Positions 1-11,214 of a stretch of 64,000 nucleotides of DNA are shown piece by piece. Position numbers and translations under genes: made by a program. Under the pieces are notes generated by a model. It worked only from the letters and a program-made list of their open reading frames with translations, ran no database searches and was not told the DNA's origin. The first letter of the stretch is position 1. Each line of letters opens with the position of its first letter. This DNA is from Marsupella aquatica (Eukaryota; Plantae; Marchantiophyta), in contig OZ316898.1 of the NCBI GenBank assembly GCA_973895155.1, forward strand, positions 16,227,420 through 16,291,419. The letters are read 5' to 3'.

Positions 1-296
1 TGACCTACTTACCAATGTCTGTTGAGCTTGAGTTAGGATGCTAGACTTGAGGAGAACTTCTAGATCTTGAAGGGTTACTTACCAAGACGCTTGGTTGCTT
101 GTGTAGACAGTGAAGGCCGTTGAGTAGCGGTTGTGTTGGAGAGCAAGTGCGGCTTTGTATAGGAGGGACCGCTAGTGGTGCAAGGGGCACTAGGTTGCTT
201 GCTTGAAGTATTTTGTGGAGGCGTTCGGGCACCAGAGGCACTTACGTGTGGGTGGTGGGATTGGTGAGGGCGCTGGGTGGCATGGTCCACCACTAC

Positions 297-2386
297 CTAT
301 AACCTTTACACCTTTGTGATATCCAAGGAAAATGCACTTCCTCGACTTGGACTCCAACTTAGACCAGAGCTGGGAAGGTGTAAGCACATAAGCATCACAT
401 CCAAAAACCCTTAAATGTGAATAATCCGCTTGACGTCCGTACCTCATTTCAAATGGCGTCTTGAATCCAATTGCACTGGATGGAGAGAAGTTTACCAAAT
501 AAGCTGTAGTGTTAACAACTTCTGCCCAAAATTCATGTGGTAAGCATGATTGGCTCAACATACTCCTTGAGCGCTCCAATAGTGTTTGGTAGAGTCTCTC
601 AGAATACCATTTTGCTGAAGAGTATAACTTGTTGTGAGATAACATGTAATCCCTTGCTCTTTACAATATATTCCAAATTCACCATAACCGTATTCACTGC
701 CGTTATCTGATCAAAGATATCTCACCTTGTTACCAGTTCCAATTAGACTTATTGTATAGAAAGTATATCCACACATACCTTGAGTAATTGTCAATGAACA
801 TAAACTCTTCTAGAATGTGAGGGAGTAGGGGCTGGTCCCCATGACTACAAGATACTCAAGTACCTCCTTGCTTGTGTGAGTTCCAACTCCAAAGGGTGTC
901 CTGTGTAAGTTGCTTTCTAAGCACACAATGCTCACAGAAATCTAACTTACAAGATAGTAAATTAGAAAGTAATCCTTTTTTCTGAAGAACAGCCAAACCT
1001 TTTTCACTCATGTGACCCAATTTGAAGTGCCACAGCCGGGCCGTCTTCTCATGAGATAAGGTTATATTGGCTTCATCACAAACTACATTGCCCTCCAAAA
1101 CGTATAGATTTTTATGCCTTTTTTCCGTCAACACACACTTTAGTACCAGTTGAAACCTGAAGGACACCATTATTTAGCAAAACTCTACTGATGGCCATTT
1201 GCTTCTAACACTCCAAGTGAAGTAAAAAATTTCATCATACTGGGAATACGTCTCACATTCCTCAACATCCTCACAACATCATTAAACATTTGAAATCTCA
1301 CAGATCCAAGTCCAACCACTTGACATCAACACTAAACCGTTGGAAACCGTGTAAGAACATAAAAGATCTCTCATAGAGAAAATATGAAAGATATATGCAC
1401 TATCTAGTATCCAATCATCATCACCTGGATGTGACACTACGTTGAGAGCAAAACCTTGGTATCATAAAATGTCATCATTGAGTAAATCAATCATATCAAC
1501 ATCAGTGGCTGCGTTTGCTGATGGTTGATAAGTCTGCTTGACTTGACAGTCTCTCTTCATATGGCCAGTCTTGCCACATTTTCAGCATGTAATCGGTTTC
1601 CTTTCTAGAGATTTCTCTCTAGACCTAGATCTAGACTTAGACCTAGCCTTGTACTTGCCTCTATTTTGTGAAGGGTATGATTGTGAAAAAGACTTATTTT
1701 CTCCAGTCATCCGTTGTTGAGTCCTCCCATGGTTCACATTCAACACAGAGCCGGATGACTGGAGTTTAGGGTTTAGGGTTTAGGGTGTCTAGGCATGACC
1801 CAATTTCTTCTGTGCATCATCTGACAACAAAGAGCTTACCACCTCATCATATGAAATGGTTTTCAGATCTCTATACAAGAGAACATGCTTCAAACCCTGA
1901 TACGATTGGGGTAAGGAGCTGAGAAGAAGCAATATCTTATCTTCATCTTTCACTCCTTTGCCAAGATTTGACTAATCTACAACTAGGCTATCAAATTCAT
2001 CCAAGTGATCTCCAAGCTTGCCTCCTTCTTTGAGCCTCAAGCTCATCAAGAGAGACTTCTTGTACAATCAATCTGAGGCATCCTTGCAGTAGTACTTCTC
2101 TCTTAGGGCCTTGAACAAGGATATGCAATCCTTATAGTCATCCAACTTTTAGATAATGTGCGCCTTCAGATACAGCATCACCGCATGAACAACAATCACT
2201 TGTTTTTGCCTCCATTTTCTCAACGGGATCTCCTCCTCACTGCTAGACTCCTCCCGAGTAGATAGTAGATGATCTAGGCCCATAGCACAAAGAACTTCCT
2301 TGACCTACTTCTCCCATAGTAAGTAATCCGTCCGTCCATCATACTTTTCCACCTCAAACTTTTCCACCTCCAAACTTGGATGGCAT
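297..2386 (-). pseudogene. Copia gag-protease-integrase, disrupted by stops and frameshifts
   Basis: ORF fragments 2305-2604, 856-1170 and 190-645 carry Copia motifs; probable ATG at 2386; homology stops right after the GVK(G)YR motif at ~297. Confidence 0.88.
1765..1785 (+). repeat. (TTTAGGG)3 interstitial telomeric repeat inside Copia gag
   Basis: Three perfect TTTAGGG units read directly. Confidence 0.9.
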
Positions 2387-4114
2387 CTTTGTCCTCCCAA
2401 CGTTCTCCACATGCTATTGCTGCGCTGCTTTCTATATCCTTTTGTTGCTTTTTCCTTTCTTTCGTCCCGGTGACTCAACTCAAAATCACAAAAAAATGTC
2501 AATTTTTTCAACTTTTCAAAAAACTTGTAGCTTGTCACCGCCACGTAGCCCACCAGCCTAGCAAACCAACACCAAAATCCAAAATCAAAACCAAACTTTG
2601 ACAAAAAACTTTTTCACGTTTTGGTCGGGGTGGGTAAAACTCAACAATTCTCCCCCATTTTGACCACCTCGGGGAATAACCAAAATGCCAAGTACCACCT
2701 ATTATTGGAAATTTAAATTGATTGGTACACCGCGTTGCTAGTTTCAATGGCTACAACCTCGCCAAAAAAGAACCCCAAAAGTTACCATTTTCCGATCAGA
2801 ATCTTTTACGAACGGCCAAAAACATGCTCTTTGTTTTTTCAGGAATATTCTTTGATTGTGCAACATGTCTCATAGGGGGGTCATTTTCCCTGTCGGAGCG
2901 GTTAAATTTGGGGGTCACTCGTCTCGAGAGGCGGCACAACCAATGAGGAGAGGGAGGGAAAAAAATAAAACCTGCTCTAAAGGCGGTGCTAAGCCCCTTA
3001 GAAAAAAATATAGGTATAAAAGTTGCACACGGGTTGCATATGCAACGCGTGTCGGGCCAAGCAAATACAAGGGTTAGTAAGGGGCATGGGGGTGGGAGCA
3101 TATGGCTGCATATGCAGTCGGGAGTGGTGGCCGGCCACGAGGCAGTAGCCGGAGGGTGAAAAAATGGGAGTAAAAAGCAGGGGTAAGGCAAACGGGAGGT
3201 AGGGTCGGCGGGAGGTTGGAGGTACTGGCGGGGGTGCAGGGGCAAGCAGCCGCCCAGTGCTGCAGTCAGAAGACGGGTGTACAAGGGGTGCGGGGTGAGA
3301 AGGGGTATGAGGGGCCAAGGGGTGTGTACACACCCCGTGTGTCACACACAAAAATGGACCCCCCTTTAAAACAAAAAATTACACCACCAAGGAAAAGGAA
3401 AAAGAAGGTGCCGCTTCACACCTTGTCATTTTGATGAGAAAAGTGCCGCTGACAAAAGGAAAAATGTTTTCGGATTTTACCGGCACCGTTGACAACACCA
3501 ACAAAGTAAATACTTCCGCCGTGTCTTGATTACTTTGCTTCAAGTGCCAATCCTGGACTCAAAACGATCACTTTATCATGATCTCTTCGTTGAGCCTTAG
3601 CACTTTGCGTTTCTCCCCCCGAGCCGAGTGTGGCGTCGAGAATACCGTTTCAGCCAAGGCTATGTCTCCATAGCCATGAAAATCCAGAAACGTCTCTTTT
3701 GATCGTTGCGCTGCACTCAATTCACCCTTGGCAACAAACCAGATACCGAAACAACCAACTTCCCCTGATCTATGATTTAAGCTATAGTATGCAACGTCTC
3801 ACGCACCACAAAGCTCACCCCATCAAAAAAATGATCTTAGGTCCCTCCTCCATCAAAGAAACCGCCGGACACGAATCTCTTTTCACCAAAAAAATCCAGA
3901 ATGTTGAGAACTTTAATTCCTTCACACCATGAATCTCGATCAGTGATTTCTTCACACCGTTAGATAGCCCTTGCCCCAATCTATCCGTTGAGACCAACAC
4001 CTCCAAGTTCAATGTGACGAAACTCCGTGAAATCCACCGACACTGACCGCCGAAAAAACCGTCACCAACACGTCACAAAATTTTATTGTCACCTCAACGT
4101 CACCTCCCAAGCTT

Positions 4115-4126
4115 GCTCTAATACCA
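4115..4126 (-). promoter_or_regulatory. Primer-binding site (tRNA-iMet type)
   Basis: Minus strand TGGTATTAGAGC, one mismatch to canonical TGGTATCAGAGC, 2 nt from the LTR end. Confidence 0.88.
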
Positions 4127-4128
4127 AT

Positions 4129-4456
4129 TGTTAAACTATGACGTCTTTTTTCATGACGATCCATCATTACTCATTCCATGCACACATAGTCGACAAAATC
4201 TTTATGTGGTTCACCTCTTCTCTAAGGCTACGTCCACACGAACACTCAAGCTTACTTCAAGAGTAGTCAAACACACAAGCTCTCTCTTCCTCAAGTTGCT
4301 TTGTTACAATGAACAAGCACCACTTACCATTGCCTTACACTAGCCTTGGTATATGTAAGGTCACACACGACTAACCTAACCTCAGCTAAGTCCCTAGTTG
4401 AGGTTAACCTAATTGCCATAACCTTTGAGTCATAAGACTAAGAGCAATCCTTAACA
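4129..4456 (-). repeat. Copia 5' LTR (328 bp)
   Basis: TG...CA termini with a 6-bp inverted repeat; adjacent to the PBS; similar to the solo LTR at 6242. Confidence 0.88.
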
Positions 4457-5186
4457 AGAGTAGATCCGGCCGTCATGACCATTCCTGGCCACGACCGTAG
4501 TTAGTATTTAGTGCAACCCCTGGTAGAGGCAGAGGAGATTTTAGGTTCAAAACCAGGTATCCGCAGGATGTGCCGGGAGTCCCGGCCTTCATGAATAGAG
4601 AGCACCAAGGGTGAAGTGTACAACTAATCTTGCCGGGCGAGTGCAAATCCGGGCTCCGTTGTAGTGTACATGACACCGCCGTTGGGTCAGCTAATTTAGA
4701 AGATGTCAAGTCAACCGTGTGTATGTATGACGGATTTTGAAATAAAATCTTTTCCCCACTATTTTCTTCGTGTAAACCGAGATTGTATGTTGCGAAGTAC
4801 AATCATAGTCGTCTCTCTTGTATACGGGTAAGCAGCACTCGGCCAAACGCATTATGCGAGCTGTGCACAAGGTGCCAACTGTGGATAGTGGTTGCAAGCC
4901 CGGGTTGAGTACCCGTATTATTGGATCCGGATCAAAGGCGGACAGCATGAAGGCTTAGACCTCCTAAGGCCGGGGTCGATCGAGCTATCGACTTAAGGTA
5001 TGTTCCGGCGGCAGAACACAAAGTATATCTGGGATGCTTATTTAGGTAAGGTTAGGCGCACTTAGCGCTAAGTTACAGGAATAGAGTACAGTTCGCACAT
5101 CCCTCCTTGCCCAAACCCTCAATACTAACAAAGATTATGTTAGATTAAGCCAAAAACCGAGTAAGGACGGAGCTTTCGGTGTGACA
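4457..5186 (+). mobile_element. 3' remnant of a Gypsy-type LTR related to the element ending at 54730; host of the Copia insertion
   Basis: Shares blocks with 54240-54340 (GGGAGTCCCGGCCT, GCACCAAGG, CTTGCnGGGCnAGTGC) and the TTCCGGCGGCAGAA motif; ends GGTGTGACA. Confidence 0.6.
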
Positions 5187-5335
5187 TGCATAATTAGGTC
5201 TGATGACTCACTTTCTCTATTTCCAATTTTCCATATATTGCCCTCAAGATCGAGCCCTTAAATTTGAGCACAATGCCGCATTTTGAACACAGCGTCACAA
5301 ATTCAAAAAATGAAAACATTGACTTCAGACTCGCA

Positions 5336-5410
5336 CACAATGCCCTGGGCACTATATTCGAATAGAGTACCCCTTGGCTCACTATTCAAATATAGCGCCC
5401 GGGCCTTGTG
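5336..5410. repeat. Short imperfect fold-back (~33-bp arms)
   Basis: CACAATGCCCTGGGCACTATATTCGAATAGAG pairs with CTCACTATTCAAATATAGCGCCCGGGCCTTGTG. Confidence 0.75.
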
Positions 5411-6241
5411 TTCGGGGGAAGATGGTAGTCAAATTAAAATATCTACTCACATAAATATTTATGATTATTGTTTCAATTCTTTTAAATAAGTCGAAATAGA
5501 CAATTATAAAATAGACAAGTAATTCAGAACGAAGGGCAGTGACTTCACCAGACTCAACATAATCTGGTCCCTCAACCTCTCTGACTTGGAATGGAGTAAA
5601 CTTTTGCACTCACTGTGGTCGTATGATTTCCCCACGAAGTCTCGCACATTTCTGTGCAGAGTGATTGCACAAGGACTTTTCACTAATGTCTGGGTCTCTA
5701 AGATGGGTAAGAGTGATGGCACCTGCGGTCTGTGCTGTAATGTTCCTGAAACCATTCCTCACATATTCTTCACATGCAAGCTTGCAAGCAAAAGGTTGGG
5801 ACTTAGTTGCCAGGACTTTCCCAGATCTGATTACCTGGCCTGCTGCTGATCTGAAAGCCCTGATGGAAGCCTTTTCTGGACACATTCTTGCCCGCTCACT
5901 GATAGTTTTCATGGTTTATCAAGTCCTCTGGCACATTTGGCTTGCTTGAGATGACAATGTATTTAATAACAGAAGAAGGCAAAGTTTTGATCTGCTGAAG
6001 ATATTTACAGAGATAATCGATCAACTTCATGGCTTGTGTGACGACTCTGGCCCCTGCAACCGGCACACACGGCTGCTGCGGACCAAGGAGGAAACTAGTA
6101 AGGAACGCTTGCAATGGGTCTCCCGGGCGGAGGCTAGGTTCTTCATTTCTTCTTGATTTATGACATCTGTCCTAAGTCCACTTTACTTTGGCTTTAGGCA
6201 GTTCCCTGGCTGGGATTCTTTGGATAGAACAGGGCTTTAAG

Positions 6242-6662
6242 TGTTGAGTATAGACGATAATCGCAACGGTAAGCACATGACATATCCAACATGCAAGTAG
6301 TCGACACAAGAGATACGTGGTTCACCTCCTTGAGGCTACGTCCACGGGAACACACAAGAGAGCTTTACTGAACTCTAAGCCCGTCAGCTATACCGAGTCT
6401 CCACAGTGTAAGCTCTCCCTATCTCTCAAGTGGCTCCATAACAATGAGCCTTGGTTCTACATCTCCAAGCACACGTGCCTCTTATGATATAGTGTGCAAC
6501 TTAGTTAACCTAACCACATTGTTGTACCTAATCACGTAGTTGTACCTAACCACATTGTTGTACCTAATCACGTAGTTGTACCTAACCACGTAGTTGTACC
6601 AAACCATGTTGTTGTACCAACCACGTTATACCTAACCTAGACATAAGAGTAAATACCCAACA
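6242..6662. mobile_element. Solo LTR (421 bp), Copia family related to the LTR at 4129
   Basis: TGTTGAGTAT...ATACCCAACA termini; perfect 5-bp TSD TTAAG at 6237-6241 and 6663-6667. Confidence 0.93.
6509..6637 (+). repeat. 18-bp tandem repeat (~7 units) inside the solo LTR
   Basis: Units CCTAACCACATTGTTGTA and CCTAATCACGTAGTTGTA alternate, then degenerate. Confidence 0.9.
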
Positions 6663-7694
6663 TTAAGGTTGCTACATGGGCCCTTGGTGGTGTTGTGTTC
6701 AGGGCATGTCATTGCCTTTGGACCTCTTGCCCGGGTTCTCTTAGTGGTAGCATGGTTTGTATTGGGGTTTTAGTGGTATTGTTTTCAATTCTTTTGGCTT
6801 CTTGCCTGCCCACAATGGGCCTCACTATTGCCTTTTTGGCCCCCTTTCCCGTAGGGTTTTTGCAGGTTTTACTGGAAAGAAAAATATAATATTTGTTATT
6901 TTTAAAAATAGACTAGTAATAGAATGAACATGAGATATCCCGAACTCTCTATTCCTGATATAGTTGGCTCGTTCTATGACACACCTATTTTTAACTTATT
7001 CACAATAAAATCTAATCTATGTAACTAGTTTATGAAAGACAAGTTATCATATAGTATTCAAGAATATTGAAACAATAATTATAAAAAGTAAAGTAACAAA
7101 AACATATCATTAAAGTGAATAGATAATTGTACTCTCTGGGTAAAACACAAGTACAAGTCAGTGTACCTTGTTGTAGGTACAATATTTTGTGATTGAAAGC
7201 TAAGCAAACTAATTATGTACCTTTCCGGGGGCTCTCTATTTAGGTGGGGCTTATCTGTTTAGGTGACACCTATAAACCATAATCATTGGAATTCTTTTAA
7301 ACCATAGACATATAAGCTACCGGACATCTTTGTATTGTGCCCCAGTTGTCTGGTTGAGTTTGGAGAGTGTTTGAAGAATTATGTAGTATCAAGAAATTCT
7401 AATGAAAATGGGGAGTGCTTACAGCATAAATACACAATAAAACTAGAGGGATAACATAAATTATTAAACTAAAAATATTAAAAGAAGTTTAAGCATGTCT
7501 ACTTAAAAAAAGTTATTTGAAAAAATTACAGGGGTTGGAAGAAATTATTAAAATCATAAACATACAAAGTAAAAGCATAGAATAGACCAAATTGACATAA
7601 AAATATATAGCAAACAATTCTAATAACACAAGGTAACCAAAGTGTGTCCCGCCATTATAGCAGCATCAAAAAAATTGCTGATAAACAGTGGAGC

Positions 7695-7967
7695 ACCGAC
7701 CCAACCGAATAGATACTTTTCATGAGCCTACAGTCCTGACAGCGGCTCACTCCAATAAGCCCTGGCTAATAAGAAATCACAACAGTACGGCAAAGAACGC
7801 AAAACCGAGGCAGGTATAAAAATAATGGCGAAAATTAAAGAAAGTGGCTCGAAGGCACGTGGTGCGCGCATAGCAATAACTTTGATGTCCCCTCGGCCTT
7901 GCCGTGTGAGACGTGGCAGCCAGCGGCCCCAAAGCAAGTGAGCCAAGTGGTCGCCTCTTTTCCCGAC
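7695..7967 (+). promoter_or_regulatory. Candidate ABA/dehydration-responsive cis-element cluster upstream of LEA14
   Basis: DRE ACCGAC 7695-7700, G-box CACGTG 7856-7861, ABRE ACGTGGC 7911-7917, CCGAC core 7963-7967. Confidence 0.55.
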
Positions 7968-8537
7968 ACCTCAACTTGTTCTGCATTCCCACATGAATGA
8001 GATAAAGGACTCCCCCTCGTTTCCTTCCGATCCAGAAATCCAATCCATGCCGCCTATCCGGAATCCAAAGCCCTTTTGCTGAGACAGCTAAGCACCGTCT
8101 CACAAAACAATACAAACGCTAGTGAATATACACTGTAGCCAAGGTGGCAAGTGGAAACTAGCCTCGATTCTTGTATATCCCGTCCGTTTTCATGACACGG
8201 CAAGGCAAGGCAAGTGTATTCATATTGTAGTGCAGTCCGAGTTTAACACCTAAGTCATTGTATGCATTCGCACTGCATATGCTCGGAGGTTTTCACCAGC
8301 TGCTTTGGATCGGTCAATCTGAGCGTGTCAAAGATTTCTTCATTTCGACGCGGCCGGTATCGATTGAGCAAGCCGATTATAATAGTTCGAGCTAATTCGT
8401 AAGGTATTTCTACTTCCAATTGAGGTGAAGATGTATTTCTGAAGTCCTTTTTCGGGTTCCATATGAGAATTCGGTCCAGCTAACGAGAAGCAAAGTTAAT
8501 GTAATGTGTTGGAAACTATGACAGGAGAAGATCCATC

Positions 8538-9410
8538 ATGTCGAGTATCCTGGGCAAAGTGAAGGACATGGCGGTGGAAAAGCTCGAGCGCATAGAGAAA
8601 CCCTCATGTGATGTAACACACCTGGGATTCAAGGACGTGAACCGCAAGAACGTAACGCTGGCAAGCACATTGAGCGTCAAAAATCCTTACGACCACGATT
8701 TGCCCATTGTCACCGTTACCTATAGGATTCTCTCCAATAACAGGTGGGTGATGTATGTTCCGGTCTCTCTCTCGTTCTGATTAGAAAGTCACTTCAGAAT
8801 TGCGCGAAGGTTTATGCTATGCTACTCCGATGCTAGAGGTCAATGGTGTTACTGTTACGTGCAACTGGTAGTGCAGCCAGCTTGCCTGTTTTGTTCGTTG
8901 TGCCGGTAGACAATTTACAATGCATTTTTTCGGCCTACCCCTACCTGTATAGTTGCTGTCGATCAGTATCAAAAATGAGTCCGCCTGTGCAAAACATAAT
9001 ATATACATGTCCAGACAGATGCTCAAGTTCGCCATCTAGGCTCTCCACCATTTGCTTGACAAAGCAGCAAGCGGATACCTTGTCAAGCTGATGTATCTTA
9101 TTTTAAGTAAGCAGGTGCCATTTGAAGAGTCCGATTGCTAAGGTTGGACATTTTGCCCAGGGAGCTTGGCCGCGGAGAGTTGACCGACAACAGTGACATC
9201 AAAGCCAACGATAGCACTCAACTTGAGCTTCCCACCACGGTCGAGTACGACTTTTTGTGGAACATCGTTAAGGATATCGGATCGGACTGGGACATCGATT
9301 ATACACTCGAAGTTGGCGCACAATTTAAGCTACCTATCGTCGGCAAGTTCACCATTCCTCTCAATCATTCCGGGACTATTAAGCTGCCAACTTTCTCTGA
9401 CATGTTTTAA
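8538..9410 (+). CDS. LEA14: LEA14-like (LEA_2/WHy) desiccation-related protein, 151 aa; exons 8538-8743 and 9161-9410
   Basis: VKNPYDHDLPI and DIGSDWDIDYTLEVG...LPIVGKFTIPL...GTIKLPTFSDMF motifs; GT-AG phase-2 intron joins in frame (456 nt); probable 5' UTR intron ~8404-8524. Confidence 0.95.
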
Positions 9411-10269
9411 ATTGAAAATGTCACAGTATGACGCAAACACCGCGAATAGCGTGTTGAAAACATCCATGTGCTTATGTTAATCAGAACACTTAGTTGTAAA
9501 GGATTTACTCTTTTGAAAGAGTCGGGTTTAATCTTTCAAGTTGCGACTATGATAAATGGATAATAACCATCCAGAAGGCGCTGGTTTTACAATGGTAGCC
9601 CTGACTTTGCTCGGAAATTTGCACTGATATGTAAGCTCGAGAGTTCGAGAGGGTACCTTGCCTCGCACGTTCATGGAAATTGAAGAGTCAATTGTAATTT
9701 GTAGAATTGTCATGCTTCTTTCGCCTCCAATGTAACTGATGAATGTTCAGTACAACAATTTACGGGTCTTTCCGTAGCTGTGGAAATTTTCCTTGCAATT
9801 GGCTTTAGTATCACAGCTACATATATAGCCCTTTGCGTACCGTATTCTTCACAGATGTTCAGTACTTCAATAAAGTCTGAAACATTTCGACTAGTCAATA
9901 TACAGACTGCTCTTTAACATACTGTCTGCCAAATCAACAAACCACTTCACTCGATCCCCTCCTTTCTAAATTCAAATTGTCATAAAAAATAAGTACTTTA
10001 AATGTGTTTTGTTAGTGCGTCGTTATTGAACAATTCATCGTCACAACATCACTTATCAAATTGACCAGTTACAACACGCGCCATGTTGTCATATTCGCAT
10101 GATCATCGCGGATTCGGGATAATTACAGTACACTAATCTCTCCAGTATTTTATACTAACATGAACGAAACATCTAACAGAAAATATGAAACGAGTATGTT
10201 TAACGAAATATTCAGCAACACTATAAAATATACATCTTAATCGCGAAATAATCAATTTTGCATAATCTG

Positions 10270-10461
10270 CACATATAGTTCCACGGTAAAGTTCTAACAT
10301 TCTGTATGCGCTAACAGAGTGTACATATAGTGCCACGGTAAAGTGGAAAGCAATCTCACGTAGTTCGAACACTCTGTATGCGCCAACAAAGTGTACATGT
10401 GGCGCAACGGTAAAGTAAAAAGCAATGTCACCTAGTTCCATCGTGCTGTATGCGCTAACAG
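10270..10461 (+). repeat. 72-bp minisatellite (~2.7 units) between the LEA14 and AGO 3' ends
   Basis: CTGTATGCG recurs at 10302, 10374 and 10446. Confidence 0.85.
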
Positions 10462-11214
10462 GGTTTAACTTACCCGAATCAAGTTTTCATTCGTGCACTT
10501 ATAAATGTGTTCATCGCACTTATAAATGTGTTCATCGTGCATTATTTATTAATAAGAAGTCTAAACATCGTAACAACTAAACAAGCCACAACATATTTGA
10601 CTAGGATAATAATACATAGTAGTACAACTAATCACGACATTCAATTTGATACTCATAACTAATATACACACACGTCACCAATGCACGAACGATGTTAACT
10701 TTGCACAGATGACGAGCTGAAATTGTGGCATTCCAACAAAAAAAAACACTTCCGATTACAACTTCTCAACTTGTGATAAAAGTTTCAAATCTATGCGCAC
10801 TCATGTCTTAAAACCTTCCCAGGCATCCAAGCTGATGGGAACATATGAAAACTCAAATGGCTTCAGTAAACTGAGGAAGAATTCTTCACCTTCGCAAAGG
10901 TCCTTCCAGTATGTGCGTTCACACAAAACATACTGGATTTCAAGTAACATGGAGTTTTGAATGCTTCTCATATAGTGTGGAAATAAGAGCCCGGCGATGA
11001 GATGGGTGAGGGTGTCTCAAGATACACTCAACCAGCCCTCCACACTAACGAAGACTCTCCAAATGTCTATCAAAATTTTTGCTACAAAATTGTAATTACT
11101 TGCAAACTCTATGCTAGTTCCCATGGGTGGACAACACTATGTACATAATGGGAATTACATGTATAATCTGGTATACCTGCCCACGATACCAGCAGCAAGC
11201 CAGGCTCATCTGGC

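Larger units (their letters stand above)
1..4456 (-). mobile_element. Ty1/Copia LTR retrotransposon, degenerate and internally deleted (RT/RNase H absent); 3' end runs off the window
   Basis: 5' LTR 4129-4456 (TGTTAA...TTAACA); PBS TGGTATTAGAGC at 4115-4126. Minus-strand motifs: gag FEVEKYDGRTDYLLW, zinc knuckle ~1540-1590, GAG-pre-integrase LWHFKLGHMSEKGL...CEHC, integrase FWAEVVNTTAYLVN...LRVFGC...KCIFLGY. Confidence 0.93.
5560..6890 (+). mobile_element. L1-type LINE 3' fragment (zf-RVT region plus 3' UTR), interrupted by a solo LTR
   Basis: LWSYDFPTKSRTFL...CGLCCNVPETIPHIFFTC and LWHIWLA motifs typical of plant L1 ORF2 C-termini; A-rich end near 6880; boundaries approximate. Confidence 0.75.
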
